Below, piece by piece: positions 51,113 through 64,000 of a stretch of 64,000 nucleotides of DNA (positions are counted from its first letter, which is position 1; every line of letters begins with the position of its first letter). Source of the DNA: Squalus acanthias. Its lineage: Eukaryota. The notes beneath the pieces were generated by a model. The model was not told the DNA's origin and ran no database searches. It worked only from the letters and a program-made list of their open reading frames with translations. A program made the position numbers and the translations under genes. The stretch covers positions 4,712,001 to 4,776,000 of the forward strand of contig JASTWF010000031.1 of the NCBI GenBank assembly GCA_030390025.1, in the 5' to 3' direction.

Positions 51113-52804
51113 ATGTGTGTAATTTTCAAGCTGCACAGGAAATCTAATTACTCAAAGAGTGGATATCATGAAACAATAAATATCATCTTGTATCTTTTAA
51201 ACTAGAGAAGCAATGTATTGAAAGCTGACAGACATGATTGGAAGATAAGAGGGTATAATCCCATAAACCATTCTTGTGCTATAGAACGAGAAAGAATCAG
51301 CTGACCGTTCCTATATAGGGCATCTGGAGGTGAGGGCGCAGTCCTCAACCCCACTTAACTCTTACAGCTGATAAACTTTTGTTATCCCCGAGAAACAAGA
51401 ATATCTTCCCTTGTTTCATTTCCCCAAAACTCTAATCTCCAAAGGTCAAGAAGTTAAGTGGATAATCGCTAAAGAACAGAAATTGGAAACACAAAACCTA
51501 AACATTTTAAAGCCCAGAAAGACTCATTGTTGTGTTGTGACTGCAGCTGGGAACAGTAACCACAATATTTCAACCACTGGGATGAAATCAACTTCAGTTA
51601 GGCCATCACAAATTTTGATTCTGTAAAATTTCACACTGGCAAAATTAAATACATTTTTGAAACGGTTGCTACTGGATAAAAAAGTACACACCGCAGGTAA
51701 AGTCTCACTGTTCAACCCGAGTCTGCAGAGTGTGAGGCCACAGCAACGATACAGCTTTTCAGTGACCCTATACCAGCCCAGCTTATCTACTATTCAACCA
51801 TATTCTGATTTTCTTTCTTTTGTTTTGGCATCCCACTTAATGCTACATTATGCAAATTTATAGATTTACCAGATAACAAGCGAGAATGAAAATGTTAGTA
51901 TAAATACAGGCGTTCCCATTTTCATGATATTTAAAGGACTGTTTCTTAAAAGTTTCAAATTTAAATTTTGGTGTGGGTACTTGACTCTTATAGAGGTGAC
52001 ATGGTGCTCAACCCAGTCCTGTGATGTGGTTCACTGCATACTACTGTTATGGGACATTCTTGTGGTTCATTGTGGCCTGTGAGAAGTAGAATCAAACTGG
52101 CTGTGAGTTGACATTCACTTTATTAATAGATTTACCGACTCAATTCCTACTCACTGATCAGGAATATGCATATAACCAGATTAGGAGGGAAATACTAGTC
52201 CGGGCATTCCTTTGCAACATTTCGTAATGTTGCTATCTTTTTCCCAGTTTTTTTCACATTAACAACAGCAGATGTTAGAACGCAATGTTCGAACAGAGCC
52301 CGTCAGACGTCAGTATCGGACGTCAGTAGGACAATCAGTGGGCGTGAGTATAATTATAGGTAAACCTGGTACAGTTTGACCTGATTGAAGTGAAATTGTC
52401 CTGCATGTTACATTGTTCCTTTTAAGTAAAAATATTGACAATAAAATTGATGCCTAAGAAAATGTTCCACCAACAGGAATCATTCTTTGTACTCCTGAAT
52501 TATTGCCAGCTTTCTCTTTTAACTATAAACAGCACAACACCTCGTGAGACTTTACTGTGGCCTTTGCTGTATTCTGGTAGACGCTGTGAAAAGGTTCTTC
52601 AAATGTAATTGCAGGTAACATGGACTGTAACTGTAAACAAGGGCTAGGCGAGGGGGGGCAACCATTCACGTGACAGAAATGTACAGTTAAACTATGGCAT
52701 CAAATTTAATAAATACAAATAGTATGGACTGATAGAGTTTGGCACCTTTTCCATTTTCAATTTTATTACCAGAAATATTCACTCATCAGTTTATATACGT
52801 GTAC

Positions 52805-53907
52805 TGAACTGACTGAAGTGCCATCAAGCTTGTGTTAAGTTGTGGTAAACAGGGGTTCCACTCAACAGGAACTGGCTTCTATTTCTGATACAATGTAAGA
52901 AGCGTCATATATCGTCATCAGCCAAAACCCACAGAAAATGGGTCACTCGAGTGTTTAAGTAATTATCCCAGGATTCACATTAACTAAAACATCTTGGAGG
53001 AGTCCTATTTATTACACAATAAATATGATAGGTTCTAAGTAGACAGATTTTGTTAAAAATATAAAGTTTATGTCTGCAAGAGTGGGTACGTCTTAACATA
53101 GCAGGTTGTGGTGTAGTGCCTCTTAACATGCTGTGTTTACGACAGATAACTGCATTCTGGCAGGATGATGCTTTTTGTAAGGCTATTATGAACATTAACT
53201 TATTGAGGTTGACTATTGAAGTAGTAATAGAATAGTAAGGCCATTGAACAAACAACATTAATCCCAATATTAAAAACTGTTCCACAATACTAGGTGGATG
53301 TAACATAATTGGCATCTGGATAGATTTTATATTGATGCAATTTTTACATAAAAAATAATGATGTGCAACTGCATCTTCATTTACAGATTATTTTTGAAAG
53401 AACAAAGTTCAGGAAAAACAATACTTTTTTTTTTAAACTGTCAAAACTGCCAAAAAGCAGAAACAATCCCTGCATTTTCTATTTGAAAGCTTTCTGAAAG
53501 TTTTTTCTTCTAACTTCAACTTTCCAAAATAATACCCACTTTTGAGCCAAGAAATCAAGTACTATATTTACAAATAATTTTAATTGCGGAAACTGTGCCA
53601 TGTCAAGTTCAGTTGATTGCTCAAAATGTCCAACTGTGTATAATTGTATGGTGTATAATTGCAGGTTAGGTGTTTTTTATACAGTGTTCACCTGGAGTTT
53701 TTGTTTTTCCAAGTTACTAGTTGTTTCACATTTTTATGTTCAAACACTGCAATTATATAAGTAAGTAAAGTATTTTCCATATTTGCCTAAATCTGTTTTA
53801 CTGTTTTGGAATGGAATAAAAAAAACTATTGCAACCATTAAAAGGCATGAGTGGAACTCCTCTTTACCACAACTTAACACAAGCTTGATGGCACTTCAAT
53901 CAGTTCA
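52805..53907. repeat. 60-bp inverted repeat pair (52805-52864 and 53848-53907), 3 mismatches, 983-nt spacer
   Basis: TGAACTGACTGAAGTGCCATCAAGCTTGTGTTAAGTTGTGGTAAACAGGGGTTCCACTCA and its near reverse complement. Confidence 0.92.
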
Positions 53908-53950
53908 ATTATTGCCAACTCATTAAAACTGAATCTCCTTTATGGTTTCC

Positions 53951-53951
<1 letters not shown>

Positions 53952-53976
<25 letters not shown>
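53952..53976. repeat. (AT)n microsatellite
   Basis: Direct reading. Confidence 0.9.
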
Positions 53977-53982
<6 letters not shown>

Positions 53983-56220
53983 TTACTCTCTACAGATACA
54001 ATGGTGAGATTTGGAATTGTAAAGCCGAATAAGCAAAACACAGTGAAAAGGGCCACTGCCTCTATTACATTATATATTTTTTTTTAATCAACCACAATCA
54101 ATATGTACTTCCACAGATTCCAGCCACTGACCTATTCTTGCACACAAACTTGCATTTAGTTAGAACAAAATTACCTTAAAGGTGTAATTCTACAGCACCT
54201 CCTGTAAATGGAAAGACTGTTGAAATTATTTTCCAGCATTTTGGCTGTAAAATATATCTGGTGACTGAATCTAAAGCATTTTTCAATGATCATTAAAGGC
54301 TTTTTTTAAAAAATAATGATCAGACCATTAAACTATCCAAGTAAATTTTAAAATTGTCCTATTGTGGATAAATTCTTCCCAGTTTTCAGAATTAAACTGC
54401 AATCATGAAGCATTGGAAACCCTAATTACGAGGAAACAAAAATCAGAATCTAACCTGGGGTTGCATTAACTTCTTTTTATGTGATGGCAAAAATGAAGAT
54501 TGTAGTACAATCGGTAACATTTTAAACCTGTGTGGCACTTTGTGGATGAAATGCTGATAAACAACAGATGTAGTTCAACAGAAATATTCTAAAATATGTC
54601 CCAATAATTAAGAAGCAGAAGCAACATCCAGGCTCAGGTTCACAGTTACCAGAGTATAGTGTAATAGAAGTATTTACATCAGAACAATTGGCTAGTGAAA
54701 GAGTAATGTCGACACAGAGCTCTGAAGGATACTGTCTCCTAACAATGAGGCATGCAGTTAATAAAACATTCCTGCTTAATTATTTTCTAAACTATATTCA
54801 CGACTTAAATCACATGCCAATTTTCTTTTCGTAATAATCTTCATTGTTTTTGCTTTCCTAAATGGCCTTTGCTGCAAAATGATCAAATCTTGCTCAGGAG
54901 CAGATAAATGTGCATGGCAGCAGATTGAAGATATCTTTAAGACACCCAAAAGTATGTGCCTTCAGAGGTTTGGATCTGTAAAGTTTGAATGACATATTTA
55001 TACTTGCGGCAGTTTATATTATTTAAGAACATCTGTTTTGGTTGTGAGCGCTAATTTATTATAAGTGGTTGCTCAAAGAGGTAATTATGAATGATCACTC
55101 TTGACCATTTGGAGTGCAAAAAAAAATAATATATGGTGCAAAATGTAACCAGAGATTAATTTCTGAATGAATAAATTGTAGCATTTGCTGACAATGATGT
55201 TAAAGATAAGTATGACCGTTGTTTTATTTTAAATTGGCCTTTACCATCATACAGTTGCTGTCAGGTCCACCTTGCTGTTTTGACCTATTCTGTACTTATT
55301 CCCTTGCAAGTTGGGTTGTCAATGTTATTGCTCCTTGTTTTGTTGCTCGTGCATGATTGAATGATTTTGTTGAGAAAAATATATAATTCTAACGGACAAT
55401 GGGGCCGTTTAGAGAAGATCAAGGAGTCCTCTAACGGAAAGACGGCAAGGATCTTACGGATCCAACAAACATTTAAAGGAAAACTGAAAGATCCGCCCAG
55501 GGTTGAGTGGGTTTTGTTCAAAGCGGATTTTTTAAAAACATACTTATTAATAACGGCTCAATCAATCATCATTTTCTCCCCCAACACTATATTAAAAAAT
55601 CATCAGTTTTCTCTGTAATTATCATTAAGTTCAGCAGGGCAAGCTGACACAAAGTCGCAGAAGGAACCCTTCCCCATCCGACAAGTGGATAGACATCTCA
55701 CAAAATCTGCAAAGCAGGAGAGAATCAAGAGCAAAAGAGAAAATGCCAAAAGACCGAGTAAGCAATCTGAGTTTACATTAAAAATGAGAGCGGGACCAGA
55801 GGCTCAAAATTCAGAAAGAGCCTGACTCTGTTTTCTGATCAATTTAACTGGCGGAGAAAAAAATACAAAGATCGACAAAGCAGTCAAATAACAATCGATT
55901 TCAAATCGAATGGGCTTTGTTTGAGGGTGGGAACATTGATATATGTTTTTTAAGTCAGAACAAATAGGGATTTTGAGAGGCATTTGCAATTGGATACGAA
56001 AACATAAATTTCTTGTAATTCGTGCAAAAGTGATCTAATGTTAATTTCAAGTTATTTAAAAACTACAAATGAAAGCATTTAAGACTGCTGAAAGAGTTAA
56101 AAGGAGAACAGTGTGAGGGGGGAAAAGACTTGTCTGAACCTTGGGTTGTCACAGCCCTCCGAACAAGAGAATGGATTCCGTGCGATCAAATTGATTGTGA
56201 ATTGCGGTATGAAATGATTA

Positions 56221-56772
<552 letters not shown>

Positions 56773-58100
56773 TTACAAAAAGAGTGATATCAATTTATAT
56801 TCGGTGCATTAATGAGTGTGTGTGTGTATATCTGTAAGAGTAAAACGCAATTTATTTGACAGTTTATGTTTGAACAAGGACATCAGTTTCAAGGAAAAGA
56901 ACTGGAATCTTGTCCATGGATTTCAAGCCTATTTGAGGCACTACTGGATTTCAGTGAATTAGTTTGAATTTGAATGCAACAACTCCGGCGTCAGTCTATC
57001 CCTTTGAATTGTGCGAAAACTTCATCTAAAGAATTATTTTTCCGCCTTTCGTGCAGCTCCCGGATTGGGTTTTCCATCAGTCATTGCTGTGATATTAAGA
57101 GGTGTATCAGCGTTCCCATGGCATTGCTATCTAGAGTCAGTATTTTTTGTTTTAACTAACTGAATGTTAGCGTGATTATGATTGGTGAAAACCTGCATAA
57201 ACCGTTTGAGCTTGACTGAAACTTTACATCTAGGCGTTCTGCACCATTTGAAGGCTGAATTAATTTCGATTTGTCTCTTATGTATTGCAAAGAAGGATTT
57301 GATTTTCTCTTTTAAAGTCTTAGTCGATATTAGATATCTGAAAATTCTGATGCGCCGAATTTGTGCATTAAAGAAGGTAATTTCTGTGCTGGTTATACAC
57401 ATGCTGAAATTTACCCTTTTTCCCTCATCTGCCATGATGGTATTTATTAACACCGCAGAGAGCGACTGGGCCCACTTTCTGACTATAGGAGTTGGTGGGA
57501 CATCCTACTCAGTCCTGGGGCTGGGGATTAGAGACAGTGCAGTGTGGCACAAAGAATGTTCCAATCATTTTGTAATGTTTTCTTAAATCTAAAATGAGAA
57601 AAAAAATCCAACATGTATTTTCTTAAAATGATGCCGTGGACCTTATGACCGCCAATTTGTGTGGCTTGGGCGCATTCAGTACAGGTTATACTATGTTACC
57701 AGGAGAGAATTCTCACAGCTCCCGCACCAGTCCAGATCCTGCATTCATTCATATGCTTATGTATAAATTATATTCGTACTCGACAAGCAGTGGGCACATT
57801 ATGTTCCTGCACTACGTGTAGGTGTTGTAATCCAATTATATACTCTTACATTGCCAAAATGTTGCGTTTCCATTAGATTAGTAATAATTTATTTATTACA
57901 GAAGAATAATTTAACAAAAATCTACATTTTCATTGTCAGGAGTACAACCTAATTGAATCTATTTGCATAGACGGTGTAAACATATAAAGTAAATTTATGC
58001 TTATTTTGTTACATTTAAAGTTGCACTACAAGGTTTTTTAAAACCTCGCATGTTTTAATTGCACATTGTCGCTTACGGTCTTGTCATTATTGTATTCCTA

Positions 58101-58538
<438 letters not shown>

Positions 58539-59199
58539 TCAAACAGTGGGTGCGGTTAAATAACCCTCCGTCTTTTTTTTTTAATTTGGGGAAAGTCTTT
58601 TCGCTCAAAAGCCAAGTTTAAAAAAAACTGAAGTTCTAGGATCAACTTTTTTGTTTGTCAACTCAATCGCGTTTCAGATCGTCAATCGCAATGTCCTTTC
58701 AGTTCCAGATACTCTCAACTTGCTTCCTTCCTAGTTATTGAGATACTGAATAGTCCATTCCTCCTGCCCATAGATCACTCAGAAGTATGAGGATCCGCGT
58801 TGGGTGCCAAGAGTCTATTTTTTTTTGCTGCAGTCGACCTCAGATTCAGCAAGCTCTTCAAGCCAAGAGTTCTGCAACTTCAAAGCGCCTGAGCACCATT
58901 TCCCCCCATGTAGCTCGCAGTGATCATATCGTGAAGCCTTCACTTCTAACTCCACACGCCGAGCCAAGCCAGAGAGGCGACGATCACTTTCAATATCACT
59001 GCAGCCCCCGTCAACGTCTATCATTCAGCAGATCTGGCCACCTCCAAACGCGCAGCGGTGCAAGCGTTTTCAAAAACACAAAATGCAAAAAAAAAAAAGT
59101 ATTTTTTTACAGTATTCCTAAGGTTGCAGTCTGCTAGGCGAATCTCCACATCAATTACTGAAATCCTTGGGTTTCTTTCAGAAAGTTTGCTTGCTTGCT

Positions 59200-59410
59200 G
59201 ATGAAAGCAGGGAAGTGCTCTGAGCTGCCAATATACAGCCTCCGTCACCTAACCTGAGAGGAGTTGGCAGTGAGTGACAGCGCTCTGAGCCAGTCACCTC
59301 TTGCAATGTTGCGCTCCAAACTCTTGCAGCCAATGAGCGCAGGTCTCGCCCTGCAGAAGGTTGAGCAGCCCTTGGGTCCCGCCCCCGACGTTTGAGCCCA
59401 GCCTCATTCA
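59200..59410 (-). promoter_or_regulatory. Candidate proximal (P2) core promoter of runx3
   Basis: Locally GC-richer block 0.75-0.9 kb upstream of the P2 ATG, with CCAAT at 59228-59232 and 59330-59334 and GC box CCCGCCCC at 59378-59385 (plus-strand reading). The TSS itself cannot be placed from sequence. Confidence 0.6.
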
Positions 59411-62400
59411 GATGCTTGTGCATTTTTTGCGTTTTATTAATATGTTTACATAGCTGACATAGCTCAACAGAAAAATACAAACAGTACTTTCCTCGGGTAA
59501 AGACTGACAAGCCAGTACTGTTTAGAATGGGATTTGTTTGTTTTATAACGAAAAGCTAACATCAGTATGACTACAACAACTGGGGGAACAGGAACTGAAG
59601 GGACAGTTCAGGCAGGGAGGATAGGCAACACAAAATATGCGTAGAATTATCTGTACAATGTAAGGATCTCTGTGAACATAGAAGATCAGATGGAATGCAT
59701 GCATGTGTACTCTGTTATATACAATTATATAAATATTATAAATGGTAGAAAGCTATTGTTTATGATTATACTTGGTGCTACATGTGTGTTTACAGAAACA
59801 GGTCGTTATGTCATTTACATGAGGTGTATATATAACCCGAGCTTATATATTATAAATATGAATATAGACGGGTTTGGATAGAATCGTTCCAGTATAGGTT
59901 TTTTTCTCCCTTTGGGGGGATATTTTGTATGCACGTCATTATATATTTTTTCTAGCATAATTGAAATGATTATGGGTGTAACTTTAATAATGACACAGCC
60001 GCCCACTCCATTAGTGAAGGGGATCATTAAGGTGTCATCATTACAACCAGGCGACGACAAGCGAAACTATATGGATTTAATACAGGGGGGAGAATCAGGA
60101 GTTAGACAATCTCAAGCATCCTTCCAGGACTGTGGTAGCAAGAGCATTGTACTTACAGTCCGTTCAGGAAACAAACACAGACCACGGTGCATGGCGCCCT
60201 GAATTAATTTGCATGTATGAGATTCGACTCTTTTGTGATTTCTTCTGTATAATAATATCATGCAAAAACCATCACAAGTTCTGCACTGTGCGCTGCTTTA
60301 CTGATTAAATAACATATTACCCACTGTCACGAATACATTTTGGAAGCAAGTGTGATAGAAACTCGTGTCTTGCTTCTGTAGAAGAACAGTAATCCGATTT
60401 TCCTCCCGTTTAAATAACCTTTTGAGGTTTAATTTTATTTGGTCACCTGCAGAATCAGTTTGTATACATAGGATTCCTCTTACAAGAAAAAATAGCATCT
60501 ATACCGCATTATACGTCCCCAATCAAGTCTGATAAAGTATATATAATCGACATACTGTAGTCAGAATTCTACAAGTAAAGGAGAATTCTGTTCAATTTCT
60601 GCAAAATTGTAATCAGGAAATCAAAGGGTTTGTTTTTACTGCAGATTTTGATTAAATTATAGATATATATTTAGAAAGTTCGGGGACTGAAATATCCCAT
60701 CCAAATTTCTCTTTTAAAACGAAGAATTTAAATTCCAGTTATTTAAATGGTGAAACTGATCAGCAAAAGGAAAAATAAATATTTTCCTTCCGATTTTTTT
60801 CATAGACTGTCTAATAAAGCGAGTGAAATTGATGCTGTTCAGTTACATTATTTCAGGTCGCAGTGATGCTGTAAGACTAGAATTAATCTTTGAAGACAAC
60901 ACATTTCATTCTGTTTAATAGACTAGTTCCGAATGCCTGTTTGCAGTGAATATCCACTGTGGTTTTTTTTCCTCCAAATTACCATCTAACAAGGACATCC
61001 TGACCCTTTAAACCGATATTGGGGTTTCAAAGTATGTGGCTCCTTGTTTGAAATGACAGGTAGGGTTGTAGAATGGTGACAGATTGTTTGTTAAGTGCGG
61101 TGTAAGACCTGTCAATAACCCTCGCCATAAAATACCCACAAGAATTTGCCATAAGCCGCTTCTTGTCAAGATTCTCTCTCTCTCTCTCAGCCACAGCTGC
61201 GCAGGGCAATGCAGTGAAATCTGTAGAGTTACTGGCGCTGAGACTAGAAAGCAACTGGTGACCGTTGCCATTCTTCATATACTGCGCGTACTTGCCGAGA
61301 TCTGATTCTGTTTTCATCTGCTTATTGGAATGCGAGTTACTACAGGAAGCACTGGCTTCAACACGGTTTTTTTTTTTAACTAGTGCTTTTCTGAAGATTA
61401 CAAAATATGAAACCTAAGCCATTATTCATGACCATTTTGAAATCACAGACGCCGCATTTGTTCCGTTTTCCCAGTAGTATTTACCACACAAAAAGTCAGC
61501 TCCTGGCGGTTACTGTCAAAGGGCGAGATTCTCACTCTCCGGTAGGGCTGTTCAGACTGTTGGTTTTCAGGGGCAAACGGAAGCGTCAGTCTGTCATCAA
61601 ACACTGTGTATATCCACTCTTTTCTAAGACCTCCCTCGATAGTTTCTTTTACCAACTATGTACTCCTTATTAGAGAATTCCAATACAAGATAGCCAACGA
61701 AATATCTAAAAAGAGGGTGAGCCAGTTGCAGCGAGCCCGCGGGACAAGAGGTCCTTTCATGTCTCACTATCTCTATCTTTAGTTGACTACATGTTGGATT
61801 TCCATAGGACCATTATACAGCCATCCCATACCTCCTGATTCAGCAATAAAAAGTGATGCACATTTATTTAACGAAAACATGTTTTCCTGCTGGAATTCAT
61901 TGACACCGATGGATGTCAATATTTCAAAGTTGTGAAACTAACACCTCAAATCAATTTCGAGCAGCTTTCACTCAAGGTCCCTAAAAATCCGATCTAGTCG
62001 CCCCTTTGATTTTAAAGAGACTGAACTGGATGTCGATTTATGATCATCCCACAATGCATCTGATAATGCAGCCTGTTCATTAATTTTTTCTTGTCCAGAA
62101 ATATGATTTGAGTTTAAGAATAAATGTATTAAAACAGTCACAGGAATGATCGAATGGGGAGTTATTCCGTACAACTCTACTTTGTCGATTTCTAAAAGGT
62201 CGATGCATTTCAGCAGCTCCCTGTTTTTTAACCTCTTCCCAAACCATCCAAACATATCACGCTGTCAGGAATAACATATTTTCCCCGTTACTATTTAACA
62301 AATCTGTGCTTTAGGCTCGACGATCAATTAGGTCTTTTACAAAATCATTCTATTCTGAATAAACTCGCCACAGGTCATTTGGTGAATCTGAAAGCGAGAT

Positions 62401-62917
62401 ATATTTCTTCTTTTTCCAATTTTCTTCAACACTGTGCCCCGGGGTGCAGGTTGAAATGAACGCCAGGGTCTGTGGGGTGTATCACGGTGTCGCTTTCACC
62501 CAGCATCGCTCAGTTTCATGGGAGCAGCTCTCTGATTGAGGACAGGTAAACCGGGGTTCAGTCCAACAATAAATGCATCTCTCACAATAACAAATCTTTT
62601 GTATTTTGCACTTGTTTCTTTTAATTCAGAAATTAGAGTCAGTAATCTTTTAGCGTTTTAACAAGTAAGGCAACACTTCTTTGAAATTGTCTCAAATTAT
62701 AAATGCATTTTATTATTCCTAAATTGAGATCCTGATGCAGCCGTAATTATAAAAAAAAAGCTTCCCCCCTTGAAATATTCAATTTGAAATTACTTTCAAC
62801 AGAATAATACAGTTGGATCAGTTAGTCTGCATAAGGACGTGGCTCTGTACAGGAGATTTTTCCTAAATGGGATGTTACCCTTTGGTTTAGAATTGTTGGC
62901 CTCTAGTGACACCATGT

Positions 62918-62934
62918 TGCCGCTAGTTGGCGCC
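62918..62934 (+). promoter_or_regulatory. Candidate CTCF site upstream of P2
   Basis: TGCCGCTAGTTGGCGCC resembles the CTCF core; matched by eye, not scored. Confidence 0.35.
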
Positions 62935-64000
62935 TTCGTTGTACACATTGGCGCAAACACTCTGCAAAGCTGCACAGCGCCCTGAGAATTGAGTTTATAA
63001 ACTCGCCCAACTCCGACCGCTCCGAGAGTGACATTACTGTATTTGATACAAATGTAACTACCGATGTAAATATCGGGTAAAAAAACATGTTTTAAAACAG
63101 TCGTCATAATTCTTGAGCATTGCAATCCTGAGTGAGTTTATGTAGATGAAATACAGCGGGATTCACACATTTCGTATGTTTTAGTTGTATTTTTTTTTAC
63201 CTGTGTGTGTGAAATCTGTAAGTCTTTGCGACTGCCCCGTCTTATGTAAGCGATGTGATGGTGATCTCAGCGTCCTGCATCACAAGTGTGGAAATATTGG
63301 AAATATCTCTGTGTGTGTCAGTGCAAGTGAATGAGAATGGCTCACACTCCATCACTTATCATTTAAGGCTTCATCGGTATGCGTTGGTTGCTGGTTCATC
63401 GTGTGTGTGGGGTATCGAATCGTGTTCAATATAGTACAGAAAAAATCAAACCAATTCTTCTCATAATAACAATTTTAAATATAGCAATTTGGTTTTTATA
63501 AATTGTTCCTTTACACTAAAGAGTTGCCATGCATCAACTATTATGCAAGATTCCCTGGAACTTATAACAGTAATAATAGAAATAAAAAGGCAAAAGAATA
63601 CGCAACCTCCACATCCGGACAGCAGTGGGACAAGCATTTTGGAGTTAAATTTAATCTAGGAGCGAGTGGTGGGATAGAGGAATTTTTTGTGTTTGTAGCT
63701 CTCCACATGCTGAATTCCCTGTATCCCAACTATGGTGTTGAGCAGAGGCGGGTGATTCTTCAGTGAGAGTTTTGGGACATTGGAGGAGCGGCTCGTCCTC
63801 CACACGTTGACTGGTTTTAGGGCAGTAACGGCAGAGGCCTTGGATTAGATCTCTTTTTGCCTTTTCAAAGAAAAAAAGAGTATTAACCAAGAAAAAAAAT
63901 AAAGTGCATATTCTGCAAAAGGAAAATTTTATGAATTGAAATTCAACAACCTCGCCAGAATAAGTTACTCAAAAATAAAACCAGAATGTTACTGCTTCAC

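Noticed and set aside
55387-55500. Short repeats TCTAACGGA and GATCC with a weak hairpin
   Set aside because: Too short and imperfect to separate from chance.
59400-64000. Distal P1 exon (MASNS...)
   Set aside because: No matching codons seen on the minus strand; P1 is expected further upstream.

Overview
Eukaryotic, not microbial, DNA. The repeat content (HE1-type V-SINE, SacSINE1-like Deu-SINEs, CR1/HER1, L2 and Penelope-like elements) points to a cartilaginous fish, probably a shark. One protein-coding gene spans the window on the minus strand: a RUNX transcription factor, most likely runx3. I located its proximal (P2) promoter and four coding exons: 58478-58209, 56562-56406, 48727-48623 and 13452-13279. 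All have canonical GT-AG sites and compatible phases. The distal P1 exon and the terminal VWRPY exon were not found. The rest is intron filled with LINE/SINE fragments, GC-rich MITE-like elements, mini- and microsatellites, and one assembly gap (7618-7800). The most striking structure is three Penelope-like fold-back insertions (about 2.5, 36.6-37.5 and 40.9-41.1 kb). All share one geometry: target-site duplication (TSD), near-perfect palindrome, 6-nt loop, unpaired 33-42 nt tail, and a 3-nt overlap between the inverted arm and the TSD. Two of them carry a minimal hammerhead ribozyme in each arm. Also unexplained: a 60-bp inverted repeat about 1 kb apart in intron 2, an exact 23-mer repeated 8.4 kb apart, and a degenerate tandem array near 20.3-21.0 kb. 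All repeat-family names come from pattern recognition; no database search was run.
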